Positions 1 to 10,026 of a stretch of DNA of 64,000 bases are shown here, piece after piece. The notes below the pieces were generated by a model that did no database searches, was not told where the DNA came from, and was given only the letters and a program-made list of their open reading frames with translations. The first letter of the stretch is position 1; the number at the start of each line of letters is the position of its first letter. The stretch comes from Candidatus Aenigmatarchaeota archaeon (GTDB taxonomy: Archaea > Aenigmatarchaeota > Aenigmatarchaeia > CG10238-14 > SCSR01). A program made the translations under genes and the position numbers. The stretch spans positions 160,001 through 224,000 of the forward strand of contig JAWBWS010000001.1 of the NCBI GenBank assembly GCA_038999725.1. Reading direction: 5' to 3'.

Positions 1-156
1 AAGAAAAACAGTACCACCTGCTTCTGTAACTTTTGGTTTGTTTGGTTTATGTACATCTATTCCGAAAATTCCTTTTTTCTTAGCCAGAGGTATCCAATAT
101 TTGAGAAAAATAAATGTTAATGAAAAAGACAATATAAACAAGGCTATATTTAACAT
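1..156 (-). CDS. Partial (N-terminus) MraY/GPT-family UDP-GlcNAc:dolichol-phosphate GlcNAc-1-P transferase (AglH-like)
   Basis: Manual translation MLNIALFILSFSLTFIFLKYWIPLAKKKGIFGIDVHKPNKPKVTEAGGTVFL: TM helix plus GxDxHKPxKPxVxExGG motif; runs off the window edge; not in the ORF track. Confidence 0.8.
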   Translation of the reverse strand, partial: MLNIALFILSFSLTFIFLKYWIPLAKKKGIFGIDVHKPNKPKVTEAGGTVFL

Positions 157-209
157 AACTAATAGAAAATGTCTTTTAATTTTATAAATAGCTTTTCAAA
201 ATAGATAAC

Positions 210-1367
210 ATGAAGAAAAAAATAATGATAGTATTGGGAACAAGATCGGAAATAATAAAATTTTCTTCAATAATTAGAGAATTAAAAAGAAGGAAAATTT
301 TTGATGTCAAAATTTTACATACAGGACAACATGAAACAAAAGATTTGATGAAATTATTAGATTTGCCTGAACCAGACATATACTTGGGAGAGTCATTAAG
401 GAAAAAATGGGCAAGAAAGGGAAAAATGTATTCAATTTTACTGGCAGTATTTTGGCTTATGAAAACTTTTTTAGGAATAAGAAGAACCATTATCAAGGAA
501 AAACCCGATGCTATTTTCTATCAAGGAAATTGTATGAGTGTTCCTATAACAGTGTTTGCAGCAAAGAGTGTTTCAAAAAAAATAATTTTAATTCATAGAG
601 AATCGGGAATAAGAACTCATAATATTTTTGAACCATTTCTAGGAGAATTGAGCGAAATAATTGGAGACAGGTTTGCCGACATATTATTTACACCAAGTAA
701 AGTTGCTGAAAATAATTTAAAAAAAGAAAAAATTAGAGGATTGATCTTTAATGTTGGGGATCCGCATGTTGAAATCATTGATTATGTATTGAAAAGGTTA
801 AAATTAGCTGAAGGGTATAAAAAAGAAAAATATATTAAAGGGTATAAAAAAGAAAAATATATTATTGTTAATGTTATACGCTTTGAGAATATAAACAACA
901 AAAATAAAATGAAGAACCTGGTTGAAATATTGATAAAATCCCCTTTTAAAGTCATATTTCCTATGAATCCCAACACTAAAGATAAACTAAAGCGATTTGG
1001 ATTTTGGGGTGAACTAGAAAAACATCCTCACATCGTTTTGTGTGACCCTTATAATTATATAGATTTTTTGTATTTGATAAAAAATAGTGAAGCTGTTTTA
1101 ACCGATAGTGGAGGTGTTCAACAAGAGGCTTTTATTTTGAAAGTACCTTGTATATTTCTTGGAAAAATAAATGTTTGGAAAGAATTTGAAAATATTGGAG
1201 TTGTTAGATCTACAGAATTTGATGTAAAAAAGACTTTAAAATTGCTTCAGGAAATAAAAAATAAAGGATACTTTTATAAAAAAGTAAAGAAAGCTAAATA
1301 TCCTCTAGGTGATGGTAAAGCAACAAAAAAAATAGTTGATATTTTAGAAAAAAAGTTAGGGGTATAG
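210..1367 (+). CDS. wecB: UDP-N-acetylglucosamine 2-epimerase family (WecB/WlbD-like)
   Basis: GTRSEIIK, HTGQH and TDSGGVQQEA motifs; C-terminal GDGKA. Confidence 0.85.
   Translation: MKKKIMIVLGTRSEIIKFSSIIRELKRRKIFDVKILHTGQHETKDLMKLLDLPEPDIYLGESLRKKWARKGKMYSILLAVFWLMKTFLGIRRTIIKEKPDAIFYQGNCMSVPITVFAAKSVSKKIILIHRESGIRTHNIFEPFLGELSEIIGDRFADILFTPSKVAENNLKKEKIRGLIFNVGDPHVEIIDYVLKRLKLAEGYKKEKYIKGYKKEKYIIVNVIRFENINNKNKMKNLVEILIKSPFKVIFPMNPNTKDKLKRFGFWGELEKHPHIVLCDPYNYIDFLYLIKNSEAVLTDSGGVQQEAFILKVPCIFLGKINVWKEFENIGVVRSTEFDVKKTLKLLQEIKNKGYFYKKVKKAKYPLGDGKATKKIVDILEKKLGV
811..864 (+). repeat. Perfect 27-bp tandem duplication inside wecB
   Basis: AAGGGTATAAAAAAGAAAAATATATTA x2, encoding GYKKEKYIK GYKKEKYII. 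Confidence 0.95.
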
Positions 1368-1373
1368 CTATTC

Positions 1374-3230
1374 ATGTGTGGTATAGCTGGTTATTTCGGA
1401 ATCGAAAATAAATTACTACTTAAAAAAATGCTCAAAATTTTAAAACATCGTGGTCCTGATGATTGTGGAGTATTCTTTGATAAAAATATAGCTCTTGGTA
1501 ATAGAAGGCTTTCCATTATAGATATAAAACTTGGTAAGCAACCAATCCATAATGAAAAAAAAGATATTTGGATAGTATTTAATGGAGAAATTTACAACTT
1601 CCTTGAGTTAAGAGAAGAGCTGATAAAACTCGGTCACAATTTCTATACAAAAAGTGATACAGAAACAATTGTTCATGCTTATGAAGAATGGGGTGTAAAG
1701 TGCTTAGAAAAATTAAATGGAATGTTTGCCTTTGCTATTTGGGATAAGAGAAAAAGGATATTATTTTTAGCTAGAGATAGATTTGGTATAAAACCGCTTT
1801 ATTACTATTTGGATGGGAAAAAATTCATTTTTGCTTCTGAAATAAAAGCAATTCTGCAAGATAAATCTATTCAAATAATGCCAAATGAAAAATCAATTTA
1901 TAAGTTTTTAGTTTACGGTTTTAATGACGATGAAGAAGAAACTTTTTTTGAAGGTATTAAAAGATTGTTGCCTGCACACTATATGGTTGTTAAAAAGAAT
2001 GATATAAAAATAAAAAGGTATTGGAAGTTAAAAATAGGTAAAAGATTGAAGAAGTTCAAAAATGAAGATGAAATAGCAGAACAACTTTACAATCTTTTAG
2101 AAGATAGTATAAAAAAACATTTGATAAGTGAAGTTCCTGTTGGGACTTGTTTGAGTGGTGGTATAGATTCTTCTCTGATAGTTTGTGTTATCAATAAACT
2201 TTTGAAAAAGAATGGCAATCTTACCAAAGTTATTGGTGAAATGCAAAAAACTTTTTCAGCAGTTTATGATGATAAAAAAATTGATGAAAGAAAATATATT
2301 GAAGAAATAATAAAATTCACGGGGGTAGAAAAAAACTACACTTTTCCTTCTTCTAAAAAATTGTGGAAAGATTTGAAAAAAATTGTTTATTTCCAGGACG
2401 AGCCTTTTTTAGGACCAAGCATATATGCTCAATGGGAAGTCATGAAATTAGCAAGTAAAAAAGTTAAAGTCTTGCTTGATGGCCAAGGTGGGGATGAAAT
2501 TTTTGCTGGTTATATACCTTACTATGGAATTTACTTCAGAAACTTGTTAAAAGAAAAGAAATATTTTCAACTTTTGAAAGAGTTCTTGCTAAGCTTGGAT
2601 TTAACTCTACCTTTTGTTTTTAAATATTTTTCACAGAAAAGGGTTGAAAGTGAAATAAAAAAAATGCTTGATGAAAATTTTGTAAAAAAATATGAAAAGA
2701 AAGTTAAAAATAAGTGGATTGGTAATGATTTAGCTAAATTTTTGCAGTTAGAAATAACCAAAACCAGCCTTCCAAGACTTTTAAGGTATGAAGATAGAAA
2801 TTCTTCAGCATTTTCAATAGAAGCTAGGGTGCCTTTTCTTGATCATAGGATTGTTGAGTTTGTTTTTTCTTTACCTATTTCGATGAGAATAAAAAATGGT
2901 TGGACAAAATATATTTTAAGAAAAGCTGTAAAGGGGATAGTGCCTGAAAAAATTAGATGGAGAAGAAGTAAAATAGGATTTGCTGTGCCTGAAAAAAAGT
3001 GGTTGATAGAATTAAAAGACAAGATAACGAAAATTTTTCTTTCAAAAGAATTTGAAAGTAGAAAATATTTTAATCAAGAAGAAATTGTCAGAAAATTTAA
3101 ATATTTTTGTGAAGGAAAACTTAATGAAGAACATGCTAGAATTTTTTGGAGGATTTTAGTTTTGGAATTTTGGTTTAGAGTTTTTCTTAATAGAAAGGGG
3201 AATGAAATTGCTAATATTAAATATATGTGA
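1374..3230 (+). CDS. asnB: Asparagine synthase (glutamine-hydrolysing)-like amidotransferase, probably glycan-modifying
   Basis: N-terminal MCGIAG, HRGPD, NGEIYN, LSGGIDSS and EARVPFLD motifs; located in a sugar cluster. Confidence 0.9.
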   Translation: MCGIAGYFGIENKLLLKKMLKILKHRGPDDCGVFFDKNIALGNRRLSIIDIKLGKQPIHNEKKDIWIVFNGEIYNFLELREELIKLGHNFYTKSDTETIVHAYEEWGVKCLEKLNGMFAFAIWDKRKRILFLARDRFGIKPLYYYLDGKKFIFASEIKAILQDKSIQIMPNEKSIYKFLVYGFNDDEEETFFEGIKRLLPAHYMVVKKNDIKIKRYWKLKIGKRLKKFKNEDEIAEQLYNLLEDSIKKHLISEVPVGTCLSGGIDSSLIVCVINKLLKKNGNLTKVIGEMQKTFSAVYDDKKIDERKYIEEIIKFTGVEKNYTFPSSKKLWKDLKKIVYFQDEPFLGPSIYAQWEVMKLASKKVKVLLDGQGGDEIFAGYIPYYGIYFRNLLKEKKYFQLLKEFLLSLDLTLPFVFKYFSQKRVESEIKKMLDENFVKKYEKKVKNKWIGNDLAKFLQLEITKTSLPRLLRYEDRNSSAFSIEARVPFLDHRIVEFVFSLPISMRIKNGWTKYILRKAVKGIVPEKIRWRRSKIGFAVPEKKWLIELKDKITKIFLSKEFESRKYFNQEEIVRKFKYFCEGKLNEEHARIFWRILVLEFWFRVFLNRKGNEIANIKYM

Positions 3231-3349
3231 TTTAAAATGAGATTAATTTTAGATTTAGCCTAAAAAGTAGTAAAACAAATCATATTCGAGGAAAATAATA
3301 ACTCATGCTAATAAGTTATTATTTTAAAAAACATAATTAAGGTGATTAA

Positions 3350-4342
3350 ATAAAGATAATTCATTGTCCAACAGACGTATCAAAACAGGCATGGGTTTTA
3401 TCAAGAGCTCAAAGAAAACTTGGTTTCAATAGCGATGTGATGGTGTATAGATCTAACCAATACTATAATTTTAATTATGAATATAATTTCCACTTAGAAA
3501 ACTATCCAATACCAATAAAATATGTTGTTGGATTGTATAAATCCATTAAGTTTGTTCATAAAATGCTTAAAAAATATGATGTTTTTCATTTTCATACTAA
3601 AAGTATTTTACCTTTAAATTATGATGCAATCCTTGCGAAAGTAAATAAGAAAAAAATTATTTTTCATTTTCATGGTTGTGAAATAAGACTATTCTATCAT
3701 GGGCCATGTCGAATGTGTCTAAAAATAAATAAAAATTCTAAGATAAAATTAATTCAAAATGCTAATAAATTATCAGACAAAATAATTGTTTCGACACCAG
3801 ATTTACTAAAACAACTACCAAACTCTCTGTGGATAGAAAATTCTATAGATATCGAAGAATGGAAATATGAGAAAAAAATAAAAACAGATGATATAGTAAG
3901 AATCGTCCATTCACCAAGTGATAGAATCCTCAAAGGCACACAATATATAGAATATGCTGTCGACCAGCTTAAAAAATCAGGATATAAAGTAGAATTGATT
4001 TTATTAGAAAACATTCCAAATACAAAAGTAAGAGAATTTATAGAAAAAGCGGATATAGCTATTGACCAATTAAATGTTGGTTGGTATGGTGTTTTTGCTA
4101 TAGAATCTATGTGTATGGGCATTCCAACTTGTGTATATATAAGAAATGATTTAGAAGAATTTGCTAAAAAGCGTCCAATAATAAATGTTAATCCAAAAAA
4201 TTTACTAGAAATCTTAAGAATTCTAATTGAAGATGAGAAATTGAGGAAAAATATTGGTAAGAAAAGTAGAAAATTTGTTAGGTCCAATCATAACTCTATT
4301 AAAAATGCAAAAAAAATTATAAAATTATACGAAAGTTATTAA
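3350..4342 (+). CDS. Glycosyltransferase family 4 (GT-B)
   Basis: C-terminal GWYGVFAIESMCMGIP motif. The frame is open upstream of the called GTG (3437) to ATA at 3350, preceded by GGTGA, giving (M)KIIHCP. Confidence 0.8.
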   Translation: MKIIHCPTDVSKQAWVLSRAQRKLGFNSDVMVYRSNQYYNFNYEYNFHLENYPIPIKYVVGLYKSIKFVHKMLKKYDVFHFHTKSILPLNYDAILAKVNKKKIIFHFHGCEIRLFYHGPCRMCLKINKNSKIKLIQNANKLSDKIIVSTPDLLKQLPNSLWIENSIDIEEWKYEKKIKTDDIVRIVHSPSDRILKGTQYIEYAVDQLKKSGYKVELILLENIPNTKVREFIEKADIAIDQLNVGWYGVFAIESMCMGIPTCVYIRNDLEEFAKKRPIINVNPKNLLEILRILIEDEKLRKNIGKKSRKFVRSNHNSIKNAKKIIKLYESY

Positions 4343-4357
4343 AACTAAGGTAATATA

Positions 4358-5635
4358 ATGAAATTATCAATTTTCGGTCTAGGAAACATAGGCTTACCTT
4401 TGACCTGTATTTTTGCTTCTATAGGAAAAGTTATAGCTGCTGATATAGACAAGAAAAAAATTAACCAAATAAATAAGGGTGAATGTCCGTTAAAAAATGA
4501 AGAGTTTGTTCCAGAATTATTAAGGAAATACGTGAAGGAAAAGAAAATAGAAGCTACTACAGATTTAGAATATACGGCAAAAAACTCTGATGTTAAGGTA
4601 ATAATTGTTCCCTTAATTATAGACAAAAACAAAAAAATTGATTTTTCTAATATAGTTTCAGTTTCTGAAGTGATAGGAAAAAATTTGAAAAAAGGTGATT
4701 TAGTTATTGTTTCGACTACAATGCCAATTGGTGCAACAAGGAATGTTGTTAGTAAAATTTTGGAAGAAAAATCTGACCTTAAAGCTGGTGAAGATTTTTA
4801 TCTTGTCTATGCTCCTGAACAAGCTATGAATCCACATGTAATTAAAGATTTAACAGAAAATTACGAGCAGATAATTGGAGGTGTAAATCAAGAGTCTGCC
4901 GAAAAAGCTAAAGCTATTTATGAAAAAATAAATAAGAAAGGTGTAATTGTTGTTAGGAATTGTGAAACTGCTGAACTAATAAAGCTAGCTGGAGCCGGTA
5001 TTTATAGATATGTCAACATAGCTTTAGCAGCAGAAATTGCGAAAATTTGTGAAAATTTTGATATCGACTTCATTGAAGTTATGGAAAAAACCAATTTAAT
5101 TAAACATTATCACTTACACAAACCAACAATAGGTGTTGGTGGACATTGTGTTCCTGTTTATCCATATTTCGTTTTTAATAATTTCAAAGATCAGAAACTT
5201 CTTGAAGCTAGTATTAAAATAAATGAAAACCTTCCAAGACATTCAATCAATATAATTAAAAAATTTTTTGGCAGTTTGAAGGGGAAGAAGATAGGAGTTT
5301 TTGGCTTGAGTTATAGGGGAAATGTGAAAGAAGACAGATTTTCACCAACTTATGAAATAATAAAAATATTGAAAAGAGAAGGTGTAAAAGTATTTATTAA
5401 CGACCCATATTACACAAAAGAAGAATTAGAATTAAAAACAGGTGTGAAATATATTGGCGAAAATGAAATGAATAAACTAGATGGGATAATTATAGCTACT
5501 GACCACGAAAGATACAAGAGTTTAGATTTTCCTAAAAATTTGAAATTTGTGTTTGATGGTAAAAGTTTCTTAGACCCTGAAAAAATAAAGAAGAAAGGTA
5601 TAAAATATTTGGCTGTAGGGAGGTTATGCTTTTGA
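4358..5635 (+). CDS. Nucleotide-sugar 6-dehydrogenase (WbpA/WecC-like)
   Basis: GLGNIGLP Rossmann motif, GVGGHCVP catalytic Cys, GLSYRGNVKEDRFSP. Confidence 0.9.
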   Translation: MKLSIFGLGNIGLPLTCIFASIGKVIAADIDKKKINQINKGECPLKNEEFVPELLRKYVKEKKIEATTDLEYTAKNSDVKVIIVPLIIDKNKKIDFSNIVSVSEVIGKNLKKGDLVIVSTTMPIGATRNVVSKILEEKSDLKAGEDFYLVYAPEQAMNPHVIKDLTENYEQIIGGVNQESAEKAKAIYEKINKKGVIVVRNCETAELIKLAGAGIYRYVNIALAAEIAKICENFDIDFIEVMEKTNLIKHYHLHKPTIGVGGHCVPVYPYFVFNNFKDQKLLEASIKINENLPRHSINIIKKFFGSLKGKKIGVFGLSYRGNVKEDRFSPTYEIIKILKREGVKVFINDPYYTKEELELKTGVKYIGENEMNKLDGIIIATDHERYKSLDFPKNLKFVFDGKSFLDPEKIKKKGIKYLAVGRLCF

Positions 5636-6642
5636 GTGAACTTAAAGCTGGTGTGATTGGTTTAGGTAGCATGGGTCAACATCATGCTAGACATTATTTT
5701 AATTTTCAAGATGTAAATCTTATAGCTGTCTCTGATATTGATGATAATAAAGTAGAAATTGCAAAAAAATACAATTGCAAATTTTACAATAATTACAAAG
5801 AGATGCTTGAGAAAGAAAATTTAGATATCGTTTCTATAGCAGTTCCTACTTCTCTTCACAAGAAAGTGGCAGTTGATGTTTTAAATAAAGGAATTCACGT
5901 CCTGATTGAGAAACCAATTTCCTATGATTTAAGAAGTGCAAAAGAGATTTTAAAAGCTGCTAAAAAAAATAAAGTAAAGTTAATGGTAGGTCATATAGAA
6001 AGATTTAATCCAGTTATAAGAAAATTAAAAAAGTTAATTGAAGAGAAGGAGTTTGGTGAGATTTTATCAATAGAACTAAAAAGACTTTCAATATATCATC
6101 CTAGGATAAGAGATTGTGGTGTTATAATTGATTTGGGAATTCATGACATTGATTTAGTGAACTTTCTTTTGAATCAAAAATTAAAGAGTATTTATGTTAC
6201 TGCATTTCACAAATTCGTGCCAAATCCCGAATTTGAGGATTATGCAAATATAATTCTAAACTTTAAAAACAACACAATTGGAAAAATAGAAGTCAGTTGG
6301 ATTTCGCCAATAAAAATTAGAGAAATAACCTTAATTGGATCTAAAAATTGTTGTAAAGTTTACACACTCCAACAAAAAATTGAAATAACAGAAAGTTTCT
6401 TGGAAAAGAAGAACACTTTAACATGGGAAGACTATCAAGAATTTATTAAAAAGTTTGAACCAAAAGTGAAAATTCTACAAGAAGAAAATATAGAACCCTT
6501 GCAAATAGAACTTAGAAGTTTTGTAGATTCTGTAAAATTTGATAAACCTGTTCTTGTAACTGGTGAAGAAGCGCTAAAAGCTTTGGAAATTGCTACAAAA
6601 GCTATAGAATCTTATAAAACTGGAAAAGTTATTTTTGTGTGA
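5626..6642 (+). CDS. Gfo/Idh/MocA oxidoreductase (WbpB/WlbA-like sugar 3-dehydrogenase)
   Basis: [17 protein letters not shown] and DLGIHDID motifs. Confidence 0.88.
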   Translation: MLLSELKAGVIGLGSMGQHHARHYFNFQDVNLIAVSDIDDNKVEIAKKYNCKFYNNYKEMLEKENLDIVSIAVPTSLHKKVAVDVLNKGIHVLIEKPISYDLRSAKEILKAAKKNKVKLMVGHIERFNPVIRKLKKLIEEKEFGEILSIELKRLSIYHPRIRDCGVIIDLGIHDIDLVNFLLNQKLKSIYVTAFHKFVPNPEFEDYANIILNFKNNTIGKIEVSWISPIKIREITLIGSKNCCKVYTLQQKIEITESFLEKKNTLTWEDYQEFIKKFEPKVKILQEENIEPLQIELRSFVDSVKFDKPVLVTGEEALKALEIATKAIESYKTGKVIFV

Positions 6643-7714
6643 AAAATTCTTTGATAGAATTCACAATCAAATCCAAATCCCTTTTTGTTAAACTTGGATG
6701 AACTGGTAAAGACAAAACCTCTTTTGAAAGTTTTTCTGCCACAGGTAAAGAATCTTTATATCCAAGCTGTTGATAAAACTTTTGTTTATGAATTGGTAAA
6801 GGATAGTAAACTGCAGTTTGAATTTCTCTTTTTTCCAAAAACTCTTTCAGTTCATCTCTTTTTTTAGTTTTTATGGTAAATTGATGAAAAACATGTTTAA
6901 CATTTTCTGCAATGAAGGGTGTTTCTACTTCTTCAATATTTTTCAGTTGCTCTATTAAGAACTTAGCATTCTCTATCCTTTTAGCATTTAGAATCTCTAG
7001 TTTATTAAACTGGGCAAGACCAATAGCAGCAGCTATATCAGTCATCCTGTAATTATAGCCTAAAGAATCAACAAAGTACCTTTGGTATTCTCCATGACTT
7101 CTTATTTTTCTACACTTCTCAGCTATTTTTTCATCATTTGTTACAACCATGCCGCCTTCCCCAGTTGTGATGTTTTTTGTAGGATAAAAGCTAAAAATAG
7201 CACAGTCACCAAAAGACCCTACTTTCTTACCATCAAACTCTGCACCAAGAGCTTGAGCAGCATCTTCAACCAAAATCAAATCATTATCTTCACAAATTTC
7301 AGTCAAACTTTTCACATCAGCAGGATGGCCATATAAATGAACAGGTAAAATTGCTTTCGTCTTATCTGTTATTTTTTCTTCAATTTTTGTTGGATCTATG
7401 TTGAAAGTCTTTTCATCTACATCTACAAATACAGGTCTGGCTCCACAATACAAAATTGAATTTGCCGTCGCAACAAAAGTGAAAGGTGTTGTTATGACTT
7501 CGTCCCCAGGTTTAATTCCAACTGCAAGTAAAGCTGTATGTAAAGCGGTTGTACCTGAAGATGTCGCCACAGCATACTTGACTCCAATATATTCTGCTAT
7601 CTTTTCTTCAAATTCTTTCACTTTTGGCCCTTGTGCAAGCATGCCAGATTTTAAAACTTCCTTCACTGCTTCAATCTCTTCTTCACTAATTATAGGGGAA
7701 GCTATTTTTATCAT
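6629..7714 (-). CDS. DegT/DnrJ/EryC1/StrS aminotransferase (WbpE/WlbC-like)
   Basis: [28 protein letters not shown] and GYNYRM motifs. Confidence 0.93.
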   Translation of the reverse strand: MIKIASPIISEEEIEAVKEVLKSGMLAQGPKVKEFEEKIAEYIGVKYAVATSSGTTALHTALLAVGIKPGDEVITTPFTFVATANSILYCGARPVFVDVDEKTFNIDPTKIEEKITDKTKAILPVHLYGHPADVKSLTEICEDNDLILVEDAAQALGAEFDGKKVGSFGDCAIFSFYPTKNITTGEGGMVVTNDEKIAEKCRKIRSHGEYQRYFVDSLGYNYRMTDIAAAIGLAQFNKLEILNAKRIENAKFLIEQLKNIEEVETPFIAENVKHVFHQFTIKTKKRDELKEFLEKREIQTAVYYPLPIHKQKFYQQLGYKDSLPVAEKLSKEVLSLPVHPSLTKRDLDLIVNSIKEFFTQK

Positions 7715-8301
7715 TTGAATTTCCTCTCTATTTCTCTAGCTGGATTGCCAACAACAACTGAATTTGGGGCAACATTTTTTGTCACAACTGCCCCTGCACC
7801 AACTACACTATTTTCACCAATTTCTATACCAGGAAGTATGATTGCCCCTGCCCCTATTCTAACACCTTTTCTTATGATTGGTCCCTTTAAGATTGGTCTT
7901 TCTTTACTAACTTGTGGGTTGATCATATACTTATCATTTGTTAAGATACAGTTTGGCCCAAGAAATACATCATCTTCTATAACAGTTTCTTTTGGTATAT
8001 AAACGCCTGTTTGAATTGAAACATTATTACCTATTCTTGTATTACCATCAATAACGGTAGCTGTTCCAACAACAACATTATCCCCTATAATTGTGTTTTC
8101 CCTTATCAAAACATTATGTCCTGTCCTGAACTTTTTCCCTATTTTTACATTTTTATATATAATTGTACCTCTCCTTATAATGGAACTATCTCCTATCTCT
8201 ACCTTTCCTTCAATCTCAGGTGGGAATTCTCCTATGCTCACGTTTTCTTGAATCTCAACAAATTCTCCAAGAAGAATATTCCCTTCAACCATTTCTCCCA
8301 C
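7711..8301 (-). CDS. Hexapeptide-repeat N-acetyltransferase (WbpD/WlbB-like)
   Basis: Left-handed beta-helix repeats, [18 protein letters not shown]. Confidence 0.88.
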   Translation of the reverse strand: MGEMVEGNILLGEFVEIQENVSIGEFPPEIEGKVEIGDSSIIRRGTIIYKNVKIGKKFRTGHNVLIRENTIIGDNVVVGTATVIDGNTRIGNNVSIQTGVYIPKETVIEDDVFLGPNCILTNDKYMINPQVSKERPILKGPIIRKGVRIGAGAIILPGIEIGENSVVGAGAVVTKNVAPNSVVVGNPAREIERKFK

Positions 8302-8360
8302 TTCAAATTATTATAAATCTTTTAATTTATAAGTTAAACTTCAACAACTAAAAGATAAGC

Positions 8361-9344
8361 TTACCTAAAATCACTTATTAATTTCTTAAGAACATCAAAA
8401 CCATAAATTTGTGAGATGGTTATTGCTCCAATAGAATTTTCACAAAAATGAACAAGAGTTCTATAAATCAAAACTGCTGAAGTTGCTTGAGGTATTGGAA
8501 CTCCTAAAGAAGATAAGAGGAAGACTAGTATAGCCTCTATTGAACCCAAGCCACCTGGTATAAAAGTCAAGCTTCCTAAAAGAACAGAAATTAAAGGTAA
8601 TGTGAAAAAAACTAAAGGTAATTTTATTCCAACGGCCTTGATTGAAAACAAAAATATCAAACATTCAAGAATCCAAATTAAAAAAGTTAACAAAAATATT
8701 CTTGAAAGCATTTGTGAATTCTTAAGCTGAGTGAAACCTATAGAAAAATTTCTTACAACTTCTGATAAATCTTTACTGAATTTCTTTATAATTGGAAGCT
8801 TTATTGTTATTCTTAAAAAAAGTAACATGAATTTTTTACTATTCAAAGCAAATAGAGTTAAAATTGAAATAGAGAAGAAAAATACCATTCCAAAAAAAGC
8901 TAAAGTGATAATATGGGATGGAAGAAACTTTGCAATTGCTTGAAGGGCTGTTAAGGAGAACAAAATATAGACAAAAACATCTAGAGCTCTCTCCGTCAAT
9001 ACAAGAGGAACCGTTCTTGAAGCATGTATTTTAAATTTGAGCTTCAAGAAATAACCCCTCAAGAACTCAAAAGCTTTGAATGGAACCAAATTACCAATAA
9101 ACATCGCTGAATTGAAACTATAGAAAGCATGGGAATAAGGAATTTTGATATTCACAGACTTGAGAAAGTAAAGCCACCTCAAAGATTTAAGAAAAACAGA
9201 AAAAAAGAAGCAAAGGGTTGCTAAAATAAGAAAGGTCAAATCTGATCTTAAAATGATGTGAACAACCTCATTTATACCTGAAAAATAAACTATCAAGACT
9301 AAAATAATTGCCCCAATAAAAAAACTCAAAAACTTCAACTTCAT
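8361..9344 (-). CDS. Lysylphosphatidylglycerol-synthase TM / flippase-like membrane protein
   Basis: Multi-TM; SLRW, ERALD, PGGLGSIEA and LIYR motifs. Confidence 0.8.
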   Translation of the reverse strand: MKLKFLSFFIGAIILVLIVYFSGINEVVHIILRSDLTFLILATLCFFFSVFLKSLRWLYFLKSVNIKIPYSHAFYSFNSAMFIGNLVPFKAFEFLRGYFLKLKFKIHASRTVPLVLTERALDVFVYILFSLTALQAIAKFLPSHIITLAFFGMVFFFSISILTLFALNSKKFMLLFLRITIKLPIIKKFSKDLSEVVRNFSIGFTQLKNSQMLSRIFLLTFLIWILECLIFLFSIKAVGIKLPLVFFTLPLISVLLGSLTFIPGGLGSIEAILVFLLSSLGVPIPQATSAVLIYRTLVHFCENSIGAITISQIYGFDVLKKLISDFR

Positions 9345-9360
9345 AAAAATTAATTTGACT

Positions 9361-10014
9361 TTAAAAATTTAAACCAAACTTTAACTCAAAAATAAATCTC
9401 AAAGTTCTTATACCCTCTTTTAAAGTTCCCTTCGACTTTCCCAACTTCCTTTTTTCAAAAACTATTGGTACCTCTGTTGTTTTTAAATCAATTTTTTTTG
9501 CCTTATACAAAATTTCAGTATTAATTTTAAATCCTTTTGGATTGAGTTTAATTTTTTTGTAGACACTTCTTCTCACAGCAGAGAAACCAGACATACTATC
9601 TTTTATTTTTAAACCAAGAACCAAGGAAGTAATCAAACAAAAAATTCTGCTGATTAAAACTCTATAAAACTTATCTTTTGTTTTTCCTCCTTTCGTGTAC
9701 CTTGAACCAATAACTATATCATAATCTTTAGTTTTTTCTATAAGCTTAGATAAATCTTCTGGTCTATGGCTTCCATCACCATCCATGAGAACAATCACAT
9801 CCCCTTTAGCAAACTCTACACCCTCCAAAACAGCTTTACCTAGACCGTCAGATTTCTGCCTAATAAGCTTTGCTCCCTTAACTTTTGGAGCAACATCACT
9901 CTTATCAACCACGATTATTTCCTTACTTAAAGTGGATAAAGCTCTATGAATTCTCCCAACAAGTTTTTGAATGTAAGGCTCATTTTTTGTTGGAATTACT
10001 ATTGAAACTCTCAT
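9361..10014 (-). CDS. GT2 dolichol-phosphate mannosyltransferase-like glycosyltransferase
   Basis: SIVIPTKNE, MDGDGSH, IGSRY and DSMSGF motifs. Confidence 0.88.
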   Translation of the reverse strand: MRVSIVIPTKNEPYIQKLVGRIHRALSTLSKEIIVVDKSDVAPKVKGAKLIRQKSDGLGKAVLEGVEFAKGDVIVLMDGDGSHRPEDLSKLIEKTKDYDIVIGSRYTKGGKTKDKFYRVLISRIFCLITSLVLGLKIKDSMSGFSAVRRSVYKKIKLNPKGFKINTEILYKAKKIDLKTTEVPIVFEKRKLGKSKGTLKEGIRTLRFIFELKFGLNF

Positions 10015-10026
10015 GAATATTATTCT

